The notes under the pieces are model-generated. The model made no database searches. It saw only the letters and a list, made by a program, of their open reading frames with translations, and had not been told where the DNA came from. Positions 27,562 through 40,713 of a stretch of 64,000 bases of DNA are shown here, piece by piece. The position numbers were made by a program, and so were the translations under genes. Location of the stretch: positions 46,190,001 through 46,254,000 of the forward strand of contig CAIIXF020000001.1 in the NCBI GenBank assembly GCA_903813345.2, read 5' to 3'. The stretch is from Owenia fusiformis. Its lineage: Eukaryota. How positions within the stretch are numbered: position 1 is the stretch's first letter; each line of letters starts with the position of its first letter.

Positions 27562-28601
27562 TATGAATCTTTCAAATGCGAAATGCACAGAGGCAATAAC
27601 ATTGCATAAAACAGCATTAAAAGGATCAAATAATTGAAACTGTCGAAACGCGTTTCACAATATTATAATTTTAAATGTTTTACTGCATTGCTACTATAAG
27701 TTATTGAATGATTTGAAGTGCAATACAGGATATATTCTGCTCGAGAAATTCCGTATTGGAACGAGACGAATTCGAGTGCCAATACAGAATATCGAGACAG
27801 AATATATCCTGTATTGCACTTCAAATCATCCAATAACGTTTTTATCCACTGGTGATCCCCTCGATTTCGCTGGGTTACCGAAACGGTTCGTTTTGGTAAC
27901 AAAATGTCGGAACATTTTCACAAACGTGTATCAGCATCATATGTTTTAGAAAATGTACATGTTGGCGAAAAAATAGCTCAGAAGACAACAGAATCGTCGA
28001 TTTAATTCCTCACTTAAGTTACATAAACGGTTTGGGTTAAAAGTGCAGATCTTAACTGCTTTTCGAAAAACCGTTTATGTAACTTAAGTGAGGAATCAAA
28101 TCGACGATTCTGTTGTCTTCTGAACTATTTGTTCGCAAATATGTACAATTTCTTAAACATATTATACTGATACACGTTTGTGTTAAAAAATGTGGGAATT
28201 CTGCCTACAACGTGTGAAATAAGGAAACTAGAAAAATCGTACCTCCGATGTTCCGACATTTTGTTTCCAAAACGAACCGTTTCGGTAACCCAGCGAAATC
28301 GAGGGGATCACCAGTGGATAAAAACGTTATTGGATGATTTGAAGTGCAATACAGGATATATTCTGTCTCGATATTCTGTATTGGCACTCGAATTCGTCTC
28401 GTTCCAATACGGAATTTCTCGAGCAGAATATATCCTGTATTGCACTTCAAATCATTCAATAACTTATAGTAGCAATGCAGTAAAACATTTAAAATTATAA
28501 TATTGTGAAACGCGTTTCGACAGTTTCAATTATTTGATCCTTTTAATGCTGTTTTATGCAATGTTATTGCCTCTGTGCATTTCGCATTTGAAAGATTCAT
28601 A
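27562..28601. repeat. 1040-bp palindrome (palindromic MITE plus inverted copy of flanking intron)
   Basis: 27562-~27910 is the near-perfect reverse complement of ~28255-28601; the inner arms are imperfect; centre near 28050; absent from the paralogous intron of copy 2. Confidence 0.85.
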
Positions 28602-28841
28602 TGTGGTCAAGTTTTGGACAAAATTGCAAAACGAGCATAAACTTTTCTAATTTCAACTATTCCCTATGCGTTTGAAGATTCCATACCATTCTATTAGGGA
28701 GTTTAAGCTTGCATATGAAATTGAAACGCCAACCTATACGTATTTTAATCGTACAAATACATAGCTTAAATTTTTTCCGTTCACATTTAGGTTGTGAAAA
28801 CATTGCAAGCTTAAACTCCCTATCAACCATTCTATACCTAA

Positions 28842-29904
28842 CAGGCCCGTAGCCAGGGGGGCTCGTGCGAGCCCCCCCCCCTCCCACAGATATGTCCTAA
28901 AATAATGTGGACCTACCTTTTTTGCTTTCTTGAAGAATTTTCTGACATTTCGAGGTAGAAGGTAACATTTGGTGACATACGTACGGTGTATTTTGATGTG
29001 ATTGACGCTTTCTTTTTATAAAATTCTAAATTGACTAGAATAGCGAGGCAACTAAATGATTCGGAAACTAAATCATATATTTTGATCCTTTAATCGCTCA
29101 GAAGGTGCCAAATAAGCCTAAATATTCAATTTTTATAAAAATACATGAATCATATATTTTGATCCTCGAATTGCCCAGAACGCACTAAATCAGCCGAAAA
29201 ATCTTAACTTTTTCAGGGGAGCATGCCCCTGATTTTTTAATAAATCATATATTTTGATCCTAGAATCGCTCAGAACGGGTCAAATAAGCCAAACAATTCG
29301 ACTTTTAATACGTAAATCAAATATTTTGATCCCTAGAACGATCAGAACGCATCAGAATCGCCCAGAATGCGCTAAAAAAAACTAAAAACTTCAGTTTTTT
29401 TAAATACTCGAATAATATATTTTGATCCTAGAATCGCTCAGAATGCTCCAGAATTGCCCAGAATGCGCCAAATAAACCTAAAAATTAAATTTTTGGGAAA
29501 TACGTAAATCATATATTTTGATCCTAGAATCGCTCAGAACGAACTAAATCAGCCCAAAACTCCTAAATTTTCCTCTGGCTACATCACTCACAAGCTATTA
29601 TTTTACAGGCCATGATAATTTGGCTCAAATTTTGTTCCGTCTAAATCAACTAACTAGTCATTTTAACCCCATGAGGGAATTGCTCCAGCATTTTTCAAAA
29701 TTTGGGCCCTTATTTTCTTCTGTGCAAGCGCGGAAATTTTTGGGTCCCCTCCCTTGTTTTCGTGGCCCCACCTGGGGTCTTGTTAATAACACCCTTGTGC
29801 TCACAATGCGAAGTTGGTTAAGCATGAAAAAATGTTTGTGTGTGGATGGGAGTGGTTCGAGCCCCGCCCCCCCCCCCCCTAACCAAAACATGGCTACGGG
29901 CATG
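28842..29904. mobile_element. Non-autonomous hAT-like DNA transposon with 5-bp TSD
   Basis: TIR CAGGCCCGTAGCCA / TGGCTACGGGCATG; CCTAA on both sides; empty site TATACCTAACTAGAT in copy 2 (about 36323-36337); internal repeats of AAATCATATATTTTGATCCT. Confidence 0.85.
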
Positions 29905-32900
29905 CCTAACTAGATAAATGGAACGTATACTTCAGACTATCTTATCCATATTTATATGTTTTATTTATACGTTTTTATGTTTTAGAAAAGTTCAAGAGTC
30001 TAGCCTTTTTAAAGGTGTGATTGGTTATTAAGAATTGTTGTAATTTTATGCCTTATGAATATGCTATATAACATAAAAATATGAAAAACGTTCATATAAA
30101 TTACCTGAAAACAACTTTCCTCAGTGGCTATACCGAAGAAATCAAATTGTCTACCAGGAGATGCCACGTCGTGATTTGGATGGCGTTCATAAGACGTACA
30201 ATCTGAAACATTCTATATTATATAACTACATTCTGAGATAAAGAAAAAACTGGTATGATACATACAATTTACATGCGAAACAGACATTGTGTTTTAATTG
30301 GGGATCGTAACGTATTTCACTATGTTAAAAATGTTGAAATGATTGCGTCCGTTCGCCTTTGCGAGTCAAATACTAACAAAGGTAAACCCTGATTCCAAAT
30401 AATGTTGACCGTCCTACCAGTTTTGATTGTTGTTGTCTCTGTTGTTGCCTCTGTTGTTGATTCAGTAGTTATAACTGGAGTTTAAGTAGTAGTTGTATCT
30501 TTATCAACATCTCCATATATGTGGGAATAAGACCATCCTCCTCCGGGAGTACTTGTCATCTCCCCTGGAGAGATATATCGATTGCTGTCCGAAAGCTCAC
30601 ATACGTGGTTCACAGAGTCGAAGTTGAACGAAAGACAATTTACATAACGAAGGCAAGCTATGGCGCACCTTTGTTTCGTACGCGCGTGTTCCGTAACAAT
30701 CTTATGTTCGACAAGTTTCACTCCTATTTTTGTTTCGAAGTAGGTGTGACCCTCTGTTAAACCACGAAATGATTGCTGAAGACCACTTGCAAAACAGGCT
30801 GAAAATAAATAAATTGAGAGCTGGTGTTATCATAATCAATAGTCATCATGCATGTCATAATTTTAATTTTATTTATTCCATCTAATGACATTTAATCTGA
30901 CTTAGTTTTCCAACTTTTTATTTTTCATAAATGTTATGAATGTATGTTTTATTAAAAAATACATATCAAATTATCAAACTTCGTCACAATTGCTTTTTTT
31001 TATTTCGCTCCGTTTCCTTTGAAATGTTTAGACTACTGGGCTATTCGAGAAAAATCAAAAATGCTTCTTTGCCATCGCACCGGGAAAACGTATATCTCAG
31101 TGTCCCAAACTCGTTTATAAATTGTCACATATACAGCATAATCTTGCGACGCTTTGTCGTCCTTTGAGAAAATTTATTAAAACACTAAGAGAAATAATCA
31201 AAACATGGAAATTGGTGCTTGTTGACCATGTTGATCATATTTAAGTAGAAGTGTTTCGAATGTTTCTGTACTTTTTTTTACTTTTTTCATTTATAAAATC
31301 ATATTAACATATTGACATAATAATGATTAAGACACCCCAGGGGGTGTATGGCTTATCACAAGCTAGAATATTTGAAAAATTGCATCATTACGTTGTAATT
31401 CTTTATAAATTGTTTTAATTTTAGGTGCATTATATAGAATTTACAATGTGTCGTCAAAATATAAGTCAAGTAAGCCAACTTTTCCCGGGGCCTATAAACG
31501 ATTGTATTCAGGAGAAAAAATATAACATTATGATTATAAACCTACCTTTTCCAAACACCAAAAATGCAAAATTGAAACATAAATTCAGTATCATATTTGC
31601 TCATTCCACGTCTGCCAGGTCTGAGTGTGGTGTCTTTAGGATCAGCCAAATGAGCTACGTCACCAGATTCCAGTTTGATCTCCAAGTTTGATCTTCACTG
31701 GATATCGATTTGTACTACCTTTTGTTTTGTGCCTCTAATGTGTTTTAATGGCTAAATTCAACTAAAAGCATTTTCGAGATCTCATAATTGTAATTCTACT
31801 TATAGTATCATCTTATCAATTTTTCCATCTTTAGTAAAAAACAAGATAGGGGCGATCACTTTGTGCTTAGAGCAACTCGGATTATGTAAACGTTCATCTA
31901 AACGGAGAATATTATCAGGCCTCTTGCGTACCGCTTCCCGTCTTGATACTTTGTTTCGTTTACCAATCCTTTAGACCTTGAGTAGTGTACAGTATTCTCC
32001 ACCCTATTAGAGCAAACTAACAAACAGACACTGAAACGCTAAATATGACACCTTTCTACTATTTTTATATTCGGACCACATGTATCTTTCCAAACGCAAA
32101 TGACTTGTCCCAACAAAGACACGATGCAAATAAACCGGAACGTGGTAAAGACAATTGGATATCTTTTAAACACATAATAGCTACAAGACAATATCTCATT
32201 ATTAAAAAAATCAAATACTTTGGATTGAATGACCATCAAATTGATTTTTACTCCATTAATTTTGTTGGCCAATTAGATGAGTGCATTTCAAGGCAATAGA
32301 GCCCCATAGTTACAAAGTGTTTCTTACTCTTAACACTCCATTATTCAATCCCCATCCTATTGATTATAGCAGAGAAAAGGGTTGAACAACAAGTAACGCT
32401 ATTTACCCAATAAGGATTTGAATATAACTAGTGGCATAAATATCAAGATATATAGAGAAAGACAGTAGTGCCATTTTAAGAGTAATACTAATTGAATAAT
32501 AAAAGTAATGACATTTCAAAAGTAATGTTTTCGGTTTTAACCTATTCCCTAAGAGTTGAAAAATTCGAAACGCATTATTTTTGGATTCAGTTTACAGATG
32601 AGGTTATTTTTTGATGCAGCCATTTTCAAAGCACTTTTCTTTTGCTGATTTACATTACTTTCTATTGAGTGTCGCAAATTATTTTAAAGAGGGAGTTTCA
32701 AATCAGTAGAAAATATTGAAACATTCTGGAGGGAATCTTAGAATTAAAATAATTGGAGAGAAAAGTTCGTTTCGCTGACATGTCATCGAGTTCTTATAAA
32801 TAAAGCACGCCATGCCGAGCGTGATTACATCTTTATTTAAGTTTATTAAATATTCTTAGAAACATTTTCTTTTGCAAGTCTAAATCAACACATTTTACTA

Positions 32901-33450
32901 AAAATCAATTGCTTAATCTGAGCTAGAAAAAGTATTTTTACAGAGGTAATGATTTCTAGTACTAATTGTAAACTAGAATTGCTTTAACAGGTTTATGATT
33001 ACAGTAGATAGCCATAAGTGCAGTTATCCATTTTCTGAACTATGATGTAAAATGTATGGTTAATCACGAGTTTAGCTTTGAAGCTAGGATGAATAAAATG
33101 AACTTATAAGATTCTTGTGTTTTTGTGATTGCTCCCGATCAAAGTATACATGATGAACTTGAATCTATTTGAAGACTGATACTGATCTAAAGCTAATGAA
33201 TATGTAGAGGTTATTTAATGGGAGGGATGGAATATGAATTTTATTTCATAAAAAATATGATATTGACCAAGAAAAATATCATATTGACCAAGGGAGTCGA
33301 CAATGTATGGTATGTCTAACAGATCGAGGATGCTTTTCATGAAAGCAGGGATCTATAAAATTTATAAAATGAGCCACTTATATATTATGTTCTATGGTTT
33401 GATGGACATATATAATAGAGACATTAGGCGTCTGATGATCGGATCAATAT

Positions 33451-33830
33451 CTAATTGTGTTCATCTAAGTTCGGATCTGGGCTGAGGATCATTCTTCCAT
33501 GATTGTGCCTTGCACCACCAGGTTTATGCCCTCTGTTGATATCCCCTACTGGTAAATCACTCATTGCTAAATCGGCGTATTTCTTCTTCATTGCACGAGT
33601 AAACTTCTGTCCCCCAGATGATGCAACGCTCCTGCTATCTTGCGGGGCTGATGGATTAGCACGAGCTACGTCCAACATTTGTTTACCAACAGCTTCTATC
33701 GCTATGTTCACATTTTCAGTTGGTTTACCCTGGTCCTTAGCTGACATCTTGTGGATCCATTGCGAAGCTGCTCGCTCAAAACTAAGAGTTTTGATATTCT
33801 TTGTTACTTTTCGCCCGCAGTCAACTCCCC
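33451..33830 (-). pseudogene. Orphan duplicate of the terminal (cytoplasmic-tail) exon of the EGF-FN3 membrane protein
   Basis: Near-identical to 43464-43085; intact acceptor tattttacag and open frame, but no upstream exon within copy 1. Confidence 0.7.
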
Positions 33831-35206
33831 CTGTAAAATATAAAGGCCATTTTGATTCCTAAGGTTTTAGTTGCTCCATCTTCAAATGTGTGAAATGGAT
33901 GAAAGCTACACAACAAGTATATATTTCATTTACACGCACTCCGTAGAGCTCGTAGATTTACATAATATTTGTCAAAACATTAGATTCAAAAAAAGTAACG
34001 CAATCGGCATCGAAATTATACATTACCTGCTCTAGATATGTTACACAGAGGCAAAACTAATTCATGCAAAGTGTTTTAAGCTTATTTTATTTCATATGAA
34101 TCTTAAATGCAATACTGAATACAATATGTATATATTACAATTCAATCAATATGTTATGAAATACAAGCCTATGTCTAAGTGATATTTTTTGTAATAGCTA
34201 TATGCCTTATAGAAATTATAACCTCATGATGTCCACTAGTCATACCTTTTTCTAGGTGAGCCTTTTCAGTCTTGCTATCTTTAGAAAATAAACACTGTTG
34301 CCAATTAAAAAATGTAGGGACCGTTAAAATCAGTATTAATATTGACACTTTATTAAAATGTCTACCGGTGATATTTTCCTGGGGTTTAATGTACACAAAA
34401 ATTTGCCACCCTGCTTTGAACAATACAGTATTTTTTCCATTTCATAGCATGAAAATAATGATAACGTTAAAGTGTACTTCGCCAAATTAGTGTTCTATAG
34501 ATTTGCTATATATATAATGTACTCGTATCATGATAATACTTACATGTGTCTACATGTCTCTTGATAAAATTACCCATAGAACTTATGAAATAAAAGTGGA
34601 CATATCTGCATATATGAGATAAATTAAGAATTTATATGGTGAATTCCTTCCTTTGAGGTGGGCAGAGTTAAGTGTCTTCTCTCATTTGGGCTTGCCACTT
34701 TCATATAGAGTTGGCTAAAAAGTTATTTTACAAGTCCTACTTCAGACCCATTAAGGATTTAAATAATTAAAATGTCAGCCAGTGAGAAAATAAACGTTCA
34801 GAAATAAATTATATTTATAGAAAGATTGTGTTTTTTTGGACAGAACATAACCATTCGGTAGTTGAACAAACAAGTATCAAAAGAATGACATACTTTCTAC
34901 AGGTACAGGATATATTATTAACTTTACATTTCTTATCGTATCTATCTATCCCGCACGTTGACCCATACAGTCCATACACTACCTGGAGGTCTCATACGTG
35001 TACGCACGGATTTTCAAAGTACCCGTTAGAAAACTACTTGGAAAATGGGGTTTAACTAAAAGCAACATAATAAAAATTATAGTATTCGGTGGAGTCCCCC
35101 CTCCTTTCCTTCAATATGTAAAGAGGATCTGAAACTGGCCTCGATCACTTTAAACAAGAACATTTAGTGCTGTGCAATTCGTCTTTCCTTAAGTCTCCAT
35201 CCCATC

Positions 35207-37995
35207 CTACCAGCATTTTCTTACACGGACATGCTTAATGCTATTAGACTGTGGACTCGACATGAACAAATAGCATGCATTGGATCGCACATCAGACACT
35301 AAACACCATTCTTCGGAAACACACAATCCCTGACAATATTCTGCGGCTTGTTGGTATGTGTTGAAATACGACCCACCAAGTGCTCGATACTGATTACTTG
35401 CGGACGGCGATCCTCGGTCGTTTTGAACAACAAAACATCCTGGACCTATAAATAAAACGATACGCTTGATTAACAAGTAGAATCCACAGACCATAAATCT
35501 AATAGTTGCTGTATTTATTATATTGTAATGTAACCCGGCAGCTCCACCAACCAGAACATTTGCTAATGTTATCCGAAGATTAAAATAACGCAAGCCATAA
35601 TTTTCAAAGCTTTTGGTTACCTCTAATGTTTTTACTTGAATGATATCACATCGCATACTTGAATATGTAGTTGTACAATCTGTTGTGTATTTCAAATACC
35701 ATCAATGGTATTTGATTTATAATTCGAACCGGGTGAAGGAAATCTAATATAGCATTATCAGGTATTGTTCGAGTTAACTTACCACTTCCGCATATTCTTT
35801 GTGAATGTGAATCGTAATTATTTTGTGCAATTACATCATAGCCTACAATCTGGCAGTAGTTATTCCCAAATTCATAATTACTTGCTATACAGCGGAACCC
35901 CGTTTCATCCAAACACAACTGAAATAGAATTCTCCAATATACAGTAGTAGCAATCAGTAAAACATTTATAATTATAATATTGTGAAACGCGTTTCGACAG
36001 TTTCAATTATTTGATCCTTTCAATGCTTGAATAATTTTGTTTTACGCAATGTTATTGCCTTTGTGCATTTCGCATTTGAAAGATTCATATGTGGTCAAGT
36101 TTTGGATAAAATTGCAAAAACGAGCATAAACTTTTCTAATTTCAACTATTCCTTATGCGTTTGAAGGTTCCATGCCATTCTATTAGGGATTTTAAGCTTG
36201 TATATAAAATCGAAACGCCAACCTATACGTATTTTAATCGTACAAATGCATCGCTTAAATATTTTCCGTTCACGTTTAGGTTGTGAAAAACATTGCAAGC
36301 TTAGACTCCCTATCAACCATTCTATACCTAACTAGATAAATGAAACGTATTCTTGAGACTATCTTATTCATATTTTATATGTTTTACTAGTATTTAAACA
36401 TTTTTATGTTTTAGAAAAGTTCAAGAGTCTAGCGTTTTTAAAGGTGTGATGGGTTATTACTGTATTAAGAATTGTTGTAATTTTATGCATTATGAATGTA
36501 TATAACATAATATATAAAACGTTCATATAAATTACCTGAAAACAACTGTCCTCAGTGGCTATACCGTAGAAATCAAATTGTCTACCAGGAGATGCCATGG
36601 CGTGATTTGGATGGCGTTCATAAGACGTACAATCTGAAACATTCTATATTTTATAACTACATTCTGAGATAAAGTAAAAACTGGCATGATACATACAATT
36701 TATATGCGAAACAGACATTGTGTTTCAATTGGGGATCGTACAACGTATTTAACTAAAACGTGTTAAAAATGTTGAGATGAATGCGTCCGTTCGCTTATGT
36801 GTGTCAAATACTAACAAGGATGAACCCTGATTCCAAATAATGTTGACCGTCCTACCAGTTTTGATTGTCGTTGCCTCTGTTGTTGATTCAGTAGTTATAA
36901 CTGGAGTTTCAGTAGTAGTTGTATCGTCATCAACATCTCCATATATGTGGGAATAAGACCATCCTCCTCCGGGAGTACTTGTTATCTCCCCTGGAGAGAT
37001 ATTCCCATTGCTGTCCGAAAGCTCACATACGTGGTTCACAGAGTCGAAGTTGAACGAAAGACAATTTACATAACGGAGGCAAGCTATGGCGCACCTTTGT
37101 TTCGTACGCGCGTGTTCTGTAACAATCTTATGTTCGACAAGTTTCACTCCTATTTTTGTTTCGAAGTAGGCGTGACCCTCTGTTAAACCACGAAATGATT
37201 GCTGAAGACCACTTGCAAAACAAGCTGAAAATAAATAAATTTAGAGCTGGTGTTATCATAATCAATAGTCATCATGCATGTCACAATTTTAATTTTATTT
37301 ATTTTATCTAATGACATTTAATCTGACTTAATTGCCAACTTTTTATTTTTCATAAATGTTATGTATGTATGTTTTTATCAAAAATACATCAAATTATCAA
37401 ACTTCGTCACAAATGTTTTTTTTAATTTGTTTAAATGTTTAGGCTACTGGGCTATTCGAGAAAAATCAAAAATGCTTCTTTGCCATCGCACCGGGAAAAC
37501 GTATATCGGTATCCCTGTGTTCCAAACTCGTTTATAAAGGGTCACATATATAATCATGCGACGCTTTGTCGTCCTTTGAGAAAATCCGTCCGTTAAGAGA
37601 AATAATCAAAACATGGAAATTGGTGCTTGTTGACCATGTTGATCATATTTGAGTAGAAGCGTTTCGAATCTTTCTGTACTTTTTTACTTTTTTTTTTATT
37701 TATAACATCATATTAACATATTAACATAATAATGATAAAGACACCCCAGGGGGTGTATGGCTTATCACAAGCTAGAATATTTTAATATTGCATATCATTC
37801 AGTTGTAATTCTTTATAAATTGTTTTAATTTTAGGTGCATACACTACTTTACAATGTGTCGTCAAAATTTATATCAAGTAAGCCAACTTTTCCCGGGGCC
37901 TTTAAACGATTGTATTTAGAAGATAAAAAAAACATTATTAACCTACCTTTTCCAAACACTAAAAATGCAAAATTGAAACATAAACTCGGTATCAT
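35207..37995 (-). CDS. Secreted protein with three PAN/Apple-like domains and a Thr-rich linker, copy 2 (intact)
   Basis: Exons 37995-37947, 37224-36856, 36633-36536, 35918-35783, 35445-35207 = 891 nt (296 aa). Signal peptide MIPSLCFNFAFLVFGKACFA; PAN signature CAIAC...CLSFNF...CEL; two further CxxxC...C...C modules (CFQLC...CIASNY...CQI; CQGLC...CLVSD...CYL). Confidence 0.8.
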
Positions 37996-39758
37996 ATTTG
38001 CTCCTTCCACGTCTGCCAGGTCTGAGTGTGGCGTTGTCTTTAAGATCAGCCAAATGAGCTACGTCACCAGATTCCAGTTTGGTCACCCACTGCACTGGAT
38101 ATCAATGGCCTCGATTTGTACTACCTTTTGTTTTGTGCCTTTGTTTTAATGGCTAAATTCAACTAAAAGCATTTTCGAGATCTCATAATTGTAATTCTAC
38201 TTATAGTTTCATCTAATCAATTTTTCCATCTTTAGTAAAAAACAAGATAGGGGCGATCACTTTGTGTCCAGGGCAACTCTTTGTGTTTAGCACGTAATGC
38301 TTACTGCTTACTAGTAATATATTGAAAATCATTTCCAATCTGTCCAATCATCATCTGGACATCTCTCTTCCTAAATCATAACTTTTTACATTATTGCAAC
38401 AATTTTTCAAACCCTTTGTCCTATGAACGTCTTATTTTCGTTTACCAATCCTTTGAAGAGTAGTGTACAATATTTTCCACCCTATTAGAGCAAACTAACA
38501 AACAGACACTGAAACGCTAAATATGCCAACCTTTCTACTATTTTTATATTCGGACCACATGTATCTTTCCAAACGCAAATGACTTGTCCCGACAAAGACA
38601 CGATGCAAATAAACCGGAACGTGATAAAGACAATTGGATATCTTTTAAACACATAATAGCTACAAGACAATATCTCATTATTAAAAAAATCAAATACTTT
38701 GGATTGAATGACCATCAAATTGATTTTTACTCCATTAATTTTGTTGGCCAATTAGATGAGTGCATTTCAGGGCAATAGAGCCCCATAGTTACAAAGTGTT
38801 TCTTACTCTTAACACTCCATTATTCAATCCCCATTAGCCCTATTGATTATAGCAGAGAAAAAGGTTTGAACAACAAGTAACGCTATTTACCCAATAAGGA
38901 TTTGAATATAACTAGTGGCATAAATATCAAGATATATAGAGAAAGACAGTAATGCCATTTTAAGAGTAATACTAATTGAATAATAAAAGTAATGACATTT
39001 CAAAAGTAATGTTTTCGGTTTTAACCTATTCCCTAAGAGTTGAAAAATTCGAAACGCATTATTTTGGGATTCAGTTTATAGATGAGGTTATTTTTGATGC
39101 AGCCATTTTCAAAGCACTTTTCTTTTGCTGATTTGCATTACTTTCTATTGACTGTTGCAAATTATTTTAAAGAGGGAGTTTCAAATCAGTAAAAAATATT
39201 GTAACATTCTGGATGGAATCTTAGAATTAAAATAATTGGAGAGTTCGTTTCGCTGACATGTCATCGAGTTCTTATAAATAAAGCACGCCATGTCGAGCGT
39301 GATTACATCTTTATTTGAGTTTATCAAATATTCTTAGCAACATTTTCTTTTGCAAGTCTAAATCAACACATTTTACTAAAAATCAATTGCTTAATCTGAG
39401 CTAGAAAAAGTATTTTTACAGAAGTAATGATTTCTAGTCTTACTAATTGTAAACTAGAATTGCTTTTACAGGTTTATGATTAGATAGCCATAAGTGCAGT
39501 TATCCATTTTCTGAACTATGATGTTAATACTTTAAGTACGCTATTGGTCACGCCTAACCATCGACAAGATACAGTGACAAAATATACCGTAGTACACATT
39601 AGATGTACGATTTCACTATTTAACGGATTTGAAGCAAAGATAATGGTGCAGGTGTGATTTAGGTTTTGAAAAATTAATCTTGGGAATACTTGAAAGATTT
39701 CATGTTTCATTTCGTGTGTATTCGTTTAGGAAGACATTTAACTTCCTAATAACGTTAA

Positions 39759-40713
39759 AAGATTTTCGAACAGTGCTCGATTATATTCGTAGTCAATCTA
39801 CCCACGAAAATTGATCGGTTGGAAAATGTTGGGTTTTTCACATTTCCTTTGATCATTTTTCCCCTGTTGCCTAAGAGTGTCGATTATTTTTATGAGAATA
39901 TGTTTCTCTATGCTACACAATTTAGGACGGATGGAGATTAATAAATATTCAAGTATTTATTGTAATTTAAAAAAATCAGAAACGTGCGTTGTCAACTCGA
40001 ATGTACGTTGTCCCTGTAATTGAAATTCATGAGATATACGTAATATTAAACAATGTAATGATTTCATTTCAAAATTCATTAAGGTTTTTATGAGTAACAA
40101 ATGATCTTTAACGAACATGTTCAAGTATCCTTTTTGTTTTTCATTTTATGGAAGTATTGTTGTGGTGGTTACGGAGTCTGCTTCCAGCCAGTTTGATTAT
40201 GTGGCGTCTGTACATGTGTACCTTACGTTTTGTTAGTTACATTGATAGATAGATCTACTGATCTAAACTACCTTATTGAATATGACTTTTTAAAATCCCG
40301 TTTATGATATATCTGGAAAATTTCAATCAAATTGAAGTAATTCTGGAATTGTTCTGTTTCCAATTGAAATGCATCTGACCCCCCCCCCCCCCCTGTCTGT
40401 TAGTGTTATGAAAAATACGTTGTCTGCATTAGGGTTAAATTGTGAATTGAGTTCAATGGGACAACATACATTCGAGTTCAACGTACACATACATATGATT
40501 TTTTAAATTAGCCAAAATGTTAATACTTATTAAATCTTCAACAGACCTTAATTGTGCTGTTTAAAGAAACATATTCTCATAAAAATCTTAGACACTCTTA
40601 GACGACAGGGGAGGAAACGATCAAAGGAAATGTGTAAAAACACAACATTTTCCAACCGACCAATTATATGGGTAGATTGACTACGAAAAAATCTAGCACT
40701 GTTCGAAAATCTT
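39759..40713. mobile_element. Kolobok-like MITE (TTAA target, long TIRs)
   Basis: TTAA at 39755-39758 and 40714-40717; TIR AAGATTTTCGAACAGTGCT... extending imperfectly for about 250 bp. Confidence 0.7.

Larger units (their letters stand above)
26657..31594 (-). pseudogene. Secreted PAN/Apple-domain protein, copy 1 (premature stop; pseudogene or truncated single-PAN product)
   Basis: Exons 31594-31546, 30798-30418, 30202-30105, 27345-27210, 26895-26657 all keep splice sites and frame, but GAA>TAA at 30484-30482 truncates the protein at 121 aa after the first PAN domain. Confidence 0.75.
25454..34065. repeat. Tandem segmental duplication, copy 1
   Basis: Starts GCAAAGT..TTTTAAGCTTATTTTATTTC and ends AACTAATTCAT; colinear with 34066-43704. 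Confidence 0.9.

Noticed and set aside
27663..28500. Pairs of near-identical ORFs on opposite strands
   Set aside because: By-product of the DNA palindrome; no splice or domain support.
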